Shown one piece after another: positions 1 through 12,117 of a stretch of DNA of 36,493 nt. Position numbers and translations under genes: made by a program. Position 1 is the first letter of the stretch; each line of letters opens with the position of its first letter. This stretch comes from Sphacelaria rigidula (Eukaryota), in contig CAXNAA020000017.1 in the NCBI GenBank assembly GCA_964200075.2, positions 1 to 36,493 on the forward strand. The letters run 5' to 3'. Below the pieces are notes generated by a model. The model saw only the letters and a list, made by a program, of their open reading frames with translations. It was not told the origin of the DNA and did no database searches.

Positions 1-67
1 CGATCTGACTCAAAATTTCGAGCAACAAATGGCCCAAAATACCCCCTCCCCTATCGTAGGATGACTC

Positions 68-1499
68 TTTAGCGAGGACGACATAATCCTCGAGGACATG
101 GTATACCTCGACGAGGAGACGGTGAGGGAGACGGAGACACCTCTAGAACACGCACGGCGGGCGATATGGGGAATGCTTTACGCCGATGACGCGGCCGTCG
201 TATCGAGGTCACCTAACGGCCTGGCGAGAATGATGAGTGTTAAAGTGCAAGTGTTTGGGGCCTTCGGACTGACGGTCTCGGAAAAGAAGACAGAGACGCT
301 TCTGATGCGTGTACCCGCGAAACCACCACAAAAAGGGGAGCCACCAGCACCACACCCGCCCCACTGGTCATCGAAGCAGCGGGCCAGACATACGCACAAA
401 CTACGCAGTTCCGATACCTGGGCGGGCTAGTCACCGAAGATGGCGAGCTCACACAAGAGATCAACAACCGGAGCAGAGCCGCGTGGGCATGCGTCAGAAG
501 ATTTTCCCGAGAACTCTTCGACCAACCGAAAGCACGGTGGGAACTCAACGTCCGCCTACTGAAGGCAGAGGCGATGGAGGCCCTACTGTACGGATGCATG
601 ACGTGGGCCCCACGCCGCGAACACTACCGGTTACTGAGGACGGTACACCACCGGCTCCTGTTGCGGGTTATCGCGTACCACCGAGGGCGTGGCACATACC
701 GGCAGTTATCTTACGCCCAGGTCCTCAAGAAGACCGGCTGCCAAAGTGCTGAAGCCATCGCTCGGCAAAGGCGACTGCTGTTCGAGGAACCCTAGCTAGA
801 CAACAGGACGGACGACTACCGAACCGATCGGCATTCGGAGAACACTAGCAGGAGGGGAGGATCCAGGACCGGGGTGCCCCGAGCAAAACTGGCTGAAGTG
901 CCTGCGGGATGATTTCCAAGCCTTGGGAGCCACGAGCGGCTCCACGGACGACAAGCGGTTGACGTTCGGAGTTGAGAGTGCACTCTGGCCCTCTCGGCAG
1001 CAAAGAAAGAAGGGGGGATACCATGGCACGCGGGGGTATTACAGGGAGCGGAGAGGTTCATGACCTCTTGGCACAGGACCGAAAAAGAGGCCAGTCGACT
1101 AGGTGCATTAAACGGGAATCTCAAGGAGAGGATGGAAGCTACTAGCTGCTGAATCCAATGCACCCCTCCCTCCGAGGCGGTCGGCGGTGTCATGTGGCGC
1201 CATTTCTGGTTTGCTTAGTTTAGGCATACGCATAGCTGTCCTCTCAGAATTCCAAGGATAGGTTTCTTCCTTCTTTTCTGTTCACCTTTGTTTTTGTTTT
1301 GTTTTATTTTGTTTTTCTTGTATCGCGTCTGGTGAATTTTCCGTGGGTCCGATTTTATTTCCTGATTTTTCTTTTTCCTTTTACCCTAACATGGGGTGGT
1401 ATCCTGTGACCACGGAAGACGTCCGAGTCAGATGCCCAGTACAGCACTGCGCAGAGACCGAAACCACTTTTTGATGTGAAGACAACAACAACAACAACA
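68..1499 (+). mobile_element. 5'-truncated, degenerate non-LTR retrotransposon (LINE, RTE-like clade): RT C-terminal half, 3' UTR and (CAA)n tail
   Basis: Reading starts at ~68 (FSEDDIILEDMVYL) and includes the RT motif MLYADD and GLTVSEKKTETL. After a frameshift near 360 it continues FRYLGGLVTEDGELTQEINNR...LLYGCMTW...RQRRLLF, typical of RTE/L2-type C-termini. Further frameshifts/stops follow near 795-850, then NWLKCLRDDF. A T-rich 3' UTR ends in (CAA)5CAG at 1483-1500. No TSD found. Confidence 0.92.
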
Positions 1500-1920
1500 G
1501 TTGCTCACGCGAGCAATCTTGGCAAGACCGCAGTGCTTGTGGGAAGCTTCTGTGAACGTTGAAGGACTCTCGCCATCAGGTGGCGCCTTGAGGTTGAGAA
1601 TTCATACTACGGCACGATGAAAAACTTTTTCGATTAGCTAGGTAACCTGTAAAAAAATGTGACTGGCTGCCAAGGAGGGGGCGGTCAACTTGACACGTTC
1701 GGCTCAGGGAGGGAACGCCTACGCGCGACGGACAAGCTGGGCTGGCCAAGACCCATTTTGTTTGTGTCAGATGAGATGACCATATCCTTTGAACGGTCCT
1801 GCGTCAGGACAACCTGAGGATATCACTACGCAACTTTCAGAGGTCGAGTTTTTTTTTGTACTTTTTTACTTTGTTCAACATATTTGGGGGTCCCAGTTTT
1901 TTCGGGGGAGCTTCAGTCCA

Positions 1921-2045
1921 GTCGGACCTCCGTAAAACCGTGCAAAAGAAAACTCGAACAACGTCGGTCATCCATAATGAGTGCGTGATAATCCATAGCA
2001 CGGTTGTGCAAAATTTCAGGTCTCATGCCTTGAAATGGCGTGAGA
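1921..2045 (+). repeat. Non-coding dispersed repeat, copy A (probable DNA-transposon remnant)
   Basis: GTCGGACCTCCGTAAAACCGTGCAAAAGAAAA...TGCGTGATAATCCATAGCACGGTTGTGCAAAATTTCAGG aligns by eye with 2655-2781. Confidence 0.7.
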
Positions 2046-2654
2046 GTTTTTCGCGTGTGCAGATGCTTTCGAATTTTGTCACATTATGCACTCCCGCCCC
2101 CAACCCAGCTTGTGGGGGGTGAGTAGGATGGCGCCGCTTGTAAAAATCTCAGACATTATCGATTCGCGATGCTGTTACCAACTAATGGTCGCACCACACC
2201 CGCCTCCCGGATCTCATAAACTTCGACTTCAACCCAGACACCATTATTGTCACTTCATCGTGGATGCACTTGCCCTTGTACCTTACTGCTTCTCCAACAC
2301 TGAACTAACTCACTTGGTTCATCACACAGGCAATCCTGCATGTCAATGTGTTCTGAAATGGCTTCTAGATACTGCAACCACTGTAAACAACTGGGAAAAT
2401 TCTTCCCGCTTCTGCACGAAACATCTATTCTCCCCTAACACAGAATCGAGCCTTTTGTGCCATTAACTTTGCCGTGCCACAGTGAAACCGCAAACTACAT
2501 GAAAATTCAAGCATCAGTTATTCGATTTTGGCACAAAACTTTGTGGGGCCCTTCCTTGGCTTACGCGGCGACACTTCCTTCTTGAAAAAAAAAATCGCGG
2601 TGCCGGTTTTCCGGGATCCTAGAATGGAGACTACTTCGAAAAAACTTGGATCCC

Positions 2655-2781
2655 GTCGGACCCCCGAAAAACGGTAACAAAAAGAAAAAGGGGGGAAAAA
2701 CCTCGTCCATCGAAAATTGCGTAATGATCCGTAGCACATTGGTGCAAAGTTGCAGGGTCTGACTTCAAATAACTGCGTGAA
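2655..2781 (+). repeat. Non-coding dispersed repeat, copy B
   Basis: GTCGGACCCCCGAAAAACGGTAACAAAAGAAAA...TGCGTAATGATCCGTAGCACATTGGTGCAAAGTTGCAGG; diverged direct copy of 1921-2045. Confidence 0.7.
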
Positions 2782-3785
2782 GGTCCGCGTGTTTGTGCGA
2801 GGACGTGAGCTTGAAACGTGCAACTCACAACCGCTTGGTTTTAGGATCAAAACATGGTTTTGGTGAAGTTTACGTCAAGGCAAGAACCAGATGTTGTCGA
2901 GTTTCTCGACTAAACGTTGCACATGTGTTCCTTGGGCTATTGCGGGACGCATCATTCTATCTTTTTTTCTTCCGAAGCATTCTGTACCGGCTTCCGGGAG
3001 TCTTTATATTGGGACCCCCGGAAGTCGGTAGAGAACGAAGAAACTTCGAAATATTGTCAAGATTATATATGTATATATATTTCCATGTGGAGCATCAATA
3101 CCTACGGAACTGTCAAGTTTGAGGGTGATATAAGCTTTTCTACTCCAGATATAAGAGAAACCGTCACGAGGCTCCCTGGGTCTTTCGTACGTATCATGAG
3201 TGGAAATTAGACGAGGCCGAGACTCTTCATTTCCGGAAGATCATGGTTTCGGGTATAGAGTGATGGTACGGTAGGGGTACAGAAATATATTTTCTGGGGG
3301 GTTAGAACAGTTAGGAGCCCTTTATCTCATCCAAAACACGACTTATGAAAATATGCGAGAGTACGCCAGGATTACTATTTCAATGTGCTGGGGATATCCC
3401 GAATGAATCTGCAAACGTGGATGCCCTGATCCATATTCTTGTGCGTCTAGAATCGTTGGGAGCCCCTGAACCAGACAATTTTTCGCGAAAAAAGTGCACC
3501 TCTACCGTAGCATTGCTCTATTATACCTCGACCCCGTTGTAATCGTTTCCAAATCTGTTCTCCCCGTTAGACTCCCGAGCTGATGGCGGTTACTACGATT
3601 TGAAGCATGTGAAGATTCGGTGAAAATTGGGCTCGGAATCCGTGTTTTCAGTTTCAGAACAATTTGAAGGGCGTTGATTGCTCAAAGTACCTTATCGCCC
3701 TTAGCGCTACCAGTATGACCCTGAACACAAATCCGGCCACGTCACGCTCTTCAGCTGTCTATGGTGGTCAGTATGATATCATGTA

Positions 3786-4560
3786 CCTCCTCTATCCCAC
3801 ATGATAATAAGCCTGTTTGGAAAATCTCATTGGATAAGGCCGTGGTGAAATATTGCGATAATATACCTGAACAGTTGTTCTCGACTCACGGACCTCCGAC
3901 ATGTCTTCCACATATGGTTGCCATCATGTAAAGAAGAAAAAAAAAAGCCCCCGGGGGTCACATGTTATCAACCCCGGCGTGGAAAAATCGCAAGGTGGGC
4001 TCATGTAGTGAGATTTTCCGCAGGAGAGCCAGAGTTTTGGCAGAACTTTGGATCAATGTGCGATACGTCAGGTACAAAAAACCTCTTTTTCGATGCTCAG
4101 ACCCACGGTAGTGTGCTTCGAGATGTTGGGGACATGTGTGAGAACAAGAAGACCCTCCAGACCCGAGAAAAACATGATATTTTCCCCGGGATGGGCGCGT
4201 ATACCCCCGAATCCGGTATGCGCGACTGCGGCGGGCTCAAATAGTGCTTTGGTGGCGGCAGACTGAAAAATGACGGTTTTGTGTGGTTCTCCGAAACGCC
4301 TCGGGAACCATGAAAAAAACGTTTCTCCAAAAATCGATCGGAAGGCTATCAACCGGTAGATTCCGGTTGTGCACGACCGACACATTCTGATCGCCGTGAG
4401 TGTAGCTGCTTGTCTTTTGGGGGCTCGGCGAAAGGCTCCGTTCTGAGTTCTGCTCGAAAGCTTCACGAGAACAGAAAAAAAACGCTCGGGAAAAGCCGAA
4501 AGTACGCACGAGAAATGCGGCAAAACCTCCAAACGGGCTAATCTTGTGGGACAGAGGAAG
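3786..4560. mobile_element. Stowaway-like MITE (non-autonomous Tc1/mariner derivative), 775 bp, TA target-site duplication
   Basis: Left end TA|CCTCCTCTATCCCACATGATAATAAGCCTGTTTGGA (TA at 3784-3785). Right end reverse-complemented TA|CTTCCTCTGTCCCACAAGATTAGCCCGTTTGGA (TA at 4561-4562). These are ~33-36 bp imperfect TIRs resembling the Stowaway terminus CTCCCTCCGTCCCA. No coding capacity inside. Confidence 0.85.
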
Positions 4561-7018
4561 TATGCGACTTTTGGGTAGGTATTACCAAAGACATTTGCTG
4601 ATGACACAATTTCTAGTAATGAGCATGAACCAGCACGTGCTGTTCGTGTGTTTGTGGAAATTATAGCCAAAATCCCAATCTCATCTTCTTCATGAAATTT
4701 ATAGCAAAAGCCCTTCTCGCCCTGCGACATCAGTTGCGACAGGCCTCAACTTTGCCGAGTAATTTCTTTCTATTGCGTCTATGGACCTTACACTGTCCAG
4801 GGTGTGGAACCCGTTCAAGCGTCATCACGCACAGCTCACTCTCGTCAGTTGGCACTTGAAATTCGACACGTGGTTCGCGAAGTACTAGCCGATACATCCA
4901 GGCTGACCGCCCCTTTTTTCTCAAGGTCAAGCGTGGGGGCGAGATACGATCGAACCGTGGACACCATGACGCAAGAGTGATACCTACAGGGCTTCGACAA
5001 AAAGTCAAGCCCGGCGCGTTGAGCGGTCTGCTGCAAGCACGTCAAGTGCAAGATGTAGTCGTCGCGTGGAGTCTTGTTCTCCTCTTTCCCGTCAGGGTGT
5101 AACCAACAACACTTTCCCAATCTACAGTGCGCTGCACACGCGCCGCTTTGTCTGCAAGGCAGTGCAGCATTTCGATTCGTGTATTCGATGTGGTATCACC
5201 CGGCCCCAAGCGAACCTTTGCGCTGGCAATCGATGCGCTGCAGTATCTTTGCAGAAAATCGCTACTTGCACTGCACTGTAGTCGTGTACACAACGTCCAG
5301 CGGCTGGCGGAGCTCCCCGTCCTTAAATATAGAGGATCCAAATTAAAAGTACATAATCCACAAAAGTCTCGAAAGAGGAATCAACAAAAGTCACCCGACA
5401 CTGATCGGTGATATCTCATATACATGAAAATAAAAAACAGGACAACCACCGAAACGTAAGGCGAACACAAGAACAACAAAAAAACCTCAGTACTAGGTAA
5501 ACTATCTATGCACTCCGTAGTATGTCGATGGGCCGTTTGTATAAACTTCCACGACTCCATCCTTAACGATTCGGCGCTACTCGCGCCTGAGGGTGCTTCA
5601 ACAGATGCACCAGGTCATGCGGTTCCACCGCATTGATTTTCTTGTTTTGCTCCAAGTTTCGCAGTGTGCTGCGACCAATGGGCACATGAACAAAAATTTT
5701 GTGCTGCGACAGCGACGTATACCGTGGAGGTGCGCAGCAACCCCGTTCGATGTAAAAATTGCCCACATATTACTACAACCAACACACAATAGGCCACTTG
5801 CGAAACCCCAACATGAGAAAAATAACGGTACAGTTTAGTACGGCCAACCTCAATCGAAATCGGGCACAACAGCATCAGAACCCGGCGACAAATAAGAACC
5901 CTCTACCCGCGACTTAGTAGCTCCAGACTACCGACCCATCCACCACGTACGGCGTTTCGCTCCTACACGTATAAACTCGTAAGGGAAGCTGTGATTATTA
6001 CCGCTCTCAGCATCGCAATTGCAGTCACTGTACGGACATGCAGCCGATAAACTAGAGCACGGATCTCGGGTGTGACGGGCAGCTGAGGACATGACCTCGC
6101 TGCGGACACAGTCCGTCTCGTGTGAGGTGCTTGGTGTGACGGAGAATCCGTTGCCTTGCGCTACCACATCGACCGGAATTCATCAACAAGTGATCACTCA
6201 ACCCAACGTGCGATTAGCTCACACCTGCTGCACGCACCCGATATCCTCATGAAAAACCCAGCCAGTGAATCTCGGCAGAGTGCCATGACCAGCGGAAGCT
6301 TGATGCCCTGCACTTCTCAAATCCACGTTTTCTGCAAGGCGTTCTGCGGTGCAGTGAACCATCGAGACATCTAACCCATCGCACCACTGTACCGTAGAAT
6401 ATTTAGGTGAGAATGCCAACCATTCCCGGCAATTACTCCAATTCCACTTGCGATCGCCCACGAAGAAATGAGCGTCGGTACCTCGGTCGACCACGCACAC
6501 CGTGATCAGCAACAAGCGGCTTACTAAGTAAATATATTTAAGCAACTCCCTATCCAACAACGGAACCTAAACCATGCACTACTAGATAGAACTACAGCAG
6601 CGGCGATACGGTGTACTGGTGCCGCACGAATTCGAGTGGACATCCAAAGCAAAATATGATTAATCGGGTGTGCGACGCCAGACCACACTCATCAACAGAC
6701 GATACCGTGCCCACTTGTAAAAATTCTGGCACGGCATTCGAAACGAAGGGTAATGGAACGAAGGAGGACCCTGTTGCTACCTCCACTGAAGATACGTAGG
6801 GGCTCCTCGTTTTGGCAACAAACCGTAGCAGCAGACAAGGATAACTGAAGCAAGCACGGGAAACCAACAATCTAGCTCGAACTTGCCCCATGTACCCAAA
6901 CCTCAAAGGTGAGCATCCAAGTCCGCTGGTGTCGGGCAATCTCACGTAGCTACCCCACGTGTGCAATCTCCTCCGCGCTAACCGTACGTCCCTCAAGGAC
7001 CTCCACTCCCTACCCCGG

Positions 7019-10000
7019 TCATACTTGCTCGGCTTGCTCATCCGCCGCCCACCGGTAATCACCCGCTGCTTGGTCGATACTATTAAACCTACTAGGGGGC
7101 AGAATGGAAAGGGGCCCCAATCCTGCCCCGACCCAAGCCGTCGATGATACGAACGGGTGCGAGGCGACAGGACGTGGTACCTGAACCTCAGCTTTTCCGT
7201 GCTTGAGCGTGGGCGTCACGACGGCATCATCCCCGCCGGTAACATCACGGCCACCGACACCGCGTGAAAATGCCGAAGACGACGGGTCCGCGAACAACGC
7301 AGACGATAACGGCGGGCCTGGACGGGGAGACCGATTCTCACCTCCGTGCGCCCAAGCACCCCCAACCACCGACGCCGCGGAGACCGGCGGAGGCGGTGCG
7401 TTTGCCTCTGAAAGGCAACCACGTACCGTGGCGAAGGATGACTGCGATGACGAGGGCGGTCTTTCCAACTTTGAATCAACGCCGGAAAGGAGGCGGCGGA
7501 GGAGCCCCTGCTTGACGCGAGGCCCGGGGTCCGTGAGCGGCGCCGGGGGTGCGGTGGCAGGCGCTTTTGCGGTCCCTGCGTTTGCCCCTCCCTGGGCCGT
7601 TACGGCGGCAGCTGCCGCGGCCGCTCGCTCACAGGCAACTTGCAGATCTTCTCGCCTTCTTCCTTGTTGACCTGGCTTGTTTGGAGACAGCCGCTGCTTC
7701 TCCATGGTTGCAGCGGCCTGGGCGGCCGCGCGTCGGAACGGGGAGATGTCTTTTTGCCCCTGGCCACCGCCGCCAGGTACTAGGTTGTCCCAGGAGGGCG
7801 GGGGTCCGCTGCCGCCGCCACCACCACCACCGCAACTCGGTTGATGAGCGGCCGTGCTAGGGCTACGGGCAGGAGCGCATTTGGAAGCTTTGGTGGCGGC
7901 GGACGGCTTGTCCACGCTGTCAAAGTCGAAAGTCAACTCAAAGTTGTCCTCGTTGAACAGCGACTCGCCGATGTTATCCAGGCTCCTATACAAATCCACG
8001 AGGGCGGGATCCTCTTCCGGACCCCAGCCCTCGGCAGCCAGGTCGTTCCCGAGAAACCCGCAGTCGGACGCCTTTTTCTGGGGCTTGAGCAAGGGAGAGG
8101 CCGTGGGTGACGGCGGTGGCATGTCGGGACTGCAACTCGCATCACCACCGTCTTTGAGCAGAGCGGCGCTCAGCGGCGCAAAAACGTCATCCTCCGTCGC
8201 GGTCAGAGTGAGCTGTTCCATCCCGTCACCCTTCGCTATAGCATCGATCACTTCGGGTGGTACAACCCCTACTCCCCCTCCCGCCGCCGCAGTCAGTCCC
8301 GTCTTGAAGGCATGATCCATTAGCACTTTCTCGCGCTCCGTGAGTGTTGCTGCTGGACCGGCCGCGGGATCCGCTGCCAAAAAGGCCCCCGTGCCGACGC
8401 GGCCGGCACCTCTCCTGAATTCACCGCTCCTGCTGCTTCCTTGAACGCCTCCATCTGGTACATTACGGGGTGCCTGGGGGAGAAGCTCGGCCGGGAGAGC
8501 GGACGGCTTTTGCTTGCCTCGATTGCCGTAGCTGGTACCGCTGTTGCCACCGCCGGTTGGATCGGCCCTATTTCGGCCTCGACGGACGCCCTCGGCGCTT
8601 GCTACGTTGCGGAATACGAGCACATTCCAATGCTGCTGTATAGCAGGCTCTGAACGGCCGGGCAAAATTCGCGCGATGCGGGACCAGTTTGTGCCGTGGG
8701 ATTCCACCGCGCTCAGCAATGTAGCCTCCTCCGCGACTGTCCACTCAGCTTTGCTCAGGGTCGGGTCGAGGTGGTTATTCCAGCGCTCACGGCAGTGCTT
8801 CGCCTTCCGTTTGGGCAGGAGGGCAGCGACCTCATTCCAGTCCGTGACGCCACGTGCCACGCTGTTGCAGATAATGCCGTCTTCCTCCGGCGACCAGACC
8901 CTCTTCAGTAGGGAGGGCTTCAGCACCATCTTCCAGTGTGTGGCGCACTGGGTACCCGTGCGTGAATTCTTCAGGAAATCGGTCGCAATAGTGTTCCACT
9001 CCTGTTTTGTTCCAACAAGGTGAATGACATGAACACAGTTCAAGCATGCGGTCACTTCGAGGGGTGAAGAAAAAGGGACTGTAATAGTGGAGAGGAGGAA
9101 CGTGATCGAGGTACCTGCTGTGCTCTTTATATTGCGCAGGTTTGAATATACCTCCTTCTTCCCCCCCGCCACTCACTGCGTTAAGCTAGGTAACCAGGTT
9201 ACCGATTTTTTGTGCGCTCACGTTTTTTTGCGGTAACCATGATGGCAGTCGAGCCAGATCATGTCGTGCGGCGTGGGAGGACCTCAACTCCGCACAATGG
9301 GGATGATCGTACTACGTAGTGTTTAAATGGCGAGACACCCACGAGGCAGTGTATAAGCCGTGGCCATCTCTGGAAGTGACGATACCAGGAAATGAAGAAA
9401 CTCATCGTAGGGTGCCATCCAAATGCAACATAATCCGAAGGCCTCGGGCCGAACAGTCTCAGCAGGATGCAGCTCACCCTTCATGCGACTCGCCGAACAC
9501 ACCACGGCGCTTCGCGCTTGGTGATCGAGTGCGAGCTTAGTTTGGCGAAAACCCGCTGTGCTCCTTCCCGGTTTTGTAGGGATGCGAAGTCGATGGTCAT
9601 ATGACTACGGCATACGTGATTATGAGTACCCCCCCCCCCCGCGCGCGCTCTGGTCTGCGGGTGAACTTCATGAAATCATGCTGCGTGGCGAATCGATAGT
9701 ATTTTCCAAGACCGGACAAGGGAAAGGTTCGACCAATAGGGTCTGTCTGATGGAGGAAGCGCAAAGACCGCGATTCTGCGCAAACTGACACTGGAGAGCC
9801 GTACGTTTAACGGATCTCTGCATTGATAGCAGCGGTATGAGTACGTCCACGGACCGGCAACTTTTCAATTCGTCCACAGATAGTAGGGCAGTATCCTTGC
9901 AATTCGAGCGCGAGGGAGCCTGTCGGAACTATGCCGCCGAGTGCCGTTCACTGACGCAACCCCAATGCTACACCCGTAGCTGGGTAGCTACCCTCTGTTT

Positions 10001-11368
10001 GCGATCATCAGCTCAAGCAAAGACGTACCATACAATCCACGGTTCCCCTGTCCCTGACTCGTGCAACATAGAGTTGTCACACGTTGTACGGCAGGTGCTG
10101 TCTCTGAAAGTTTCCGGGAGCTGATCTGAGGTCAATATACGACCTGTAGCTCCCACGGGGTTGATATCCCGACTGCAGCGTACGCACCTGTTTTCCGAGG
10201 TCGGTTTCCGGAATGCCCAGCGAGGAAATCCCCTGCTGCAGCTGCTCATTTTCCTCCTTGGTCCAGGTTCTCCTGTTATATGTTTTGCCCCCCCTGCCGA
10301 CGCTCGATGTTGTTGCTGTGCTGCCAACACCATTACTAGCATTCGTCGCGCGGCTACCGCTACCGTTGCCGTTGCTGTTATTTTGTCCGCCACCGCCACT
10401 TGCGCTGTTCGCGTTCTTTTTAGCTTCCGCAAACTCGGGATCAAGCGCGCGCGGGGCGCCGCCGGTCTGCTCGCGCATCCAGCCGACCTCGGCGGGCGTG
10501 CGAGTGGCTTCCGGCCCGAAGGAGAAAAAATGTCGAGAGGTTGGGGTTCCTCTCTGTGTGTATGTGTGTATGCATGTTGTGTAGGTTGCGGGCGAGGGGC
10601 GGAGTAATTTAGGGTGCGACAGTCCAAGGTATGTACGACGCAGTCTATTATTATTATACTGTAAATGTTTTCAAGCTGATTCCTGAGAAATAGCGCAAAA
10701 AAATTATGGCGCGAAACGATGTGAACACAAATAGCGTGCACACAAACAGCGCGTTAGAGGAGTAGCACGGCAGGACTAGATAAGAGCTTGGACTTTTGGG
10801 ATGTGACTGTAGAGTGAGCCGTGAGATGATACCGGACTGCTGTTGCTATCCGTGAGAACAATGTAATGTTGGCGCCGGGACAGCAACGGGAGAGATATAG
10901 CTCTGTAGCTGCAGACTGCGGTCTCTTGGGACTCACTACATGCCCGACAGGCATGGGTGAGAAGCATTCGGAGGGCTACGGGTACATGCACGCAGAATCC
11001 TTCGCTCCCTGCAGAACTTCACAACAATGATAGCATCGTAGTATCTCACCTTAGAAGGGGATGCCAGGACTTCTAACTCTTCTGCGGCACCCTGCTCAAT
11101 TAGTTTACAAACACGGTGAAGCATTAGACATGGATTAGGGTAGACAACAGGTGGATTTCCCCACGACTGTCTGTGCGGCAAGTGATGTGCTCTAAAATAC
11201 TGCACCCTCCTTCTGACGGTTGCAAAATCGACCTGTCTGTACTGTCTTCGATTGCACCGTGTTTGGTTACGTTACCACCCGGATGAGAGACAGACTTGCT
11301 GCATATTGACTCACAGTGAGGCGCCGCTTCTCTGTCCGAGGTGACGGCGGTGGCATCTGCATCGCCAT
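7019..11368 (-). CDS. Three-repeat (R1R2R3) MYB transcription factor, spliced, ~814 aa in the minimal model
   Basis: Exons (minus): 11368-11315 (MAMQMPPPSPRTEKRRLT), 11091-11050, 10553-10188, 9001-7019; all three introns GT-AG and phase 0. R1 RRTWTKEENEQL...KQ/EWNTIA...RTGTQCATHWKMVL; R2 RVWSPEED...DWNEVA...RKAKHCRERWNNHLDP; R3 AEWTVAEE...NWSRIARILPGRSEPAIQQHWN. A long low-complexity C-terminus follows. Ends are uncertain: phase-0 upstream exons could extend the frame to ATG 12117, and a possible donor near 7180 could add downstream exons. Confidence 0.88.
9348..9405 (+). repeat. Dispersed repeat copy inside a MYB intron (matches 36429-36486)
   Basis: AGTGTATAAGCCGTGGCCATCTCTGGAAGTGACGATACCAGGAAATGAAGAAACTCAT matches 36429-36486 at 50/58 positions by manual ungapped alignment. 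Confidence 0.85.
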
Positions 11369-12117
11369 GTTTTCGCGCAGCCCGTTCTTTTCCGTGCCTG
11401 TGCCGCAGCCGTGGTAAGTATGCTCCTGTGATCGGTGTCCTGTTTTATGTTCAACGGCAATAATTATAGCGACATTTTGTAGGCGTAGCAATTACGGTTT
11501 TGATACTTCCCGAAAGCCATTTTCCAATCGTGTGGATATTGTTCTGAGTTACGAGCAGCGGGGTTCAGCAGAGGTTTCAAGGTTTCACCGCTCGCGCAAC
11601 TGTGCAGCCTGCGCAGGATGTTCTACCACAGTAGTCGAAGTGCTGCTATCACTATTGTAGCTTCACTAGTTTGCATCTCGAGAGTAGGTGTCAAGGCATC
11701 ATGGGTATACACAGCTGGCAGCGGCGCACCTCGGAGAGGAGGTGCACCTTTGGGGGTGGCAGAAGCAGGCCTTGAGGTGTGATGGCAGCACGGAGAACGC
11801 GCGTCTCGGTGCACCGTGAGACAACGCAGTGCTGCTGCTTGTTCAAGATCATATGACCTATCGTGGCTTCCTATGCAATATGGAAAAATTTCGATCATCG
11901 CAATATTCACTTTACACGTACTGGCCACCTTCAATTACTGAACCGGCTGTACGTTGTTAACGATTTGTCTACCTACAAGTACTGTGCACTCCCGCACCAT
12001 GGTTTGAACAACGAACAATGTGTACGAGTATATCTCCCGCAATTTTTGCAGTTGGCCGCGCCGGCCGGCGGTCACGTGCCGTGCGGTCTTCACATTACCA
12101 ATCTTCAGCATTGTCAT

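Noticed and set aside
1395..1470. Hammerhead-like GTGGTA...GAAACCAC in the LINE 3' UTR
   Set aside because: No CTGANGA core (only CTGTGA/CAGATG) and no stem II before GAAA.
4068..4730. 220-aa minus-strand ORF
   Set aside because: Runs across the MITE boundary at 4560 into non-coding TE sequence and has no recognisable motif; chance ORF.
7203..9023. Several plus-strand ORFs of 70-160 aa
   Set aside because: Antisense shadows of the GC-rich MYB exon.
9002..9172. N-terminal 57 aa of the 717-aa ORF (MAGGKKEV...)
   Set aside because: Intron read-through; the acceptor at 9002 joins R1 correctly to the exon ending at 10188.
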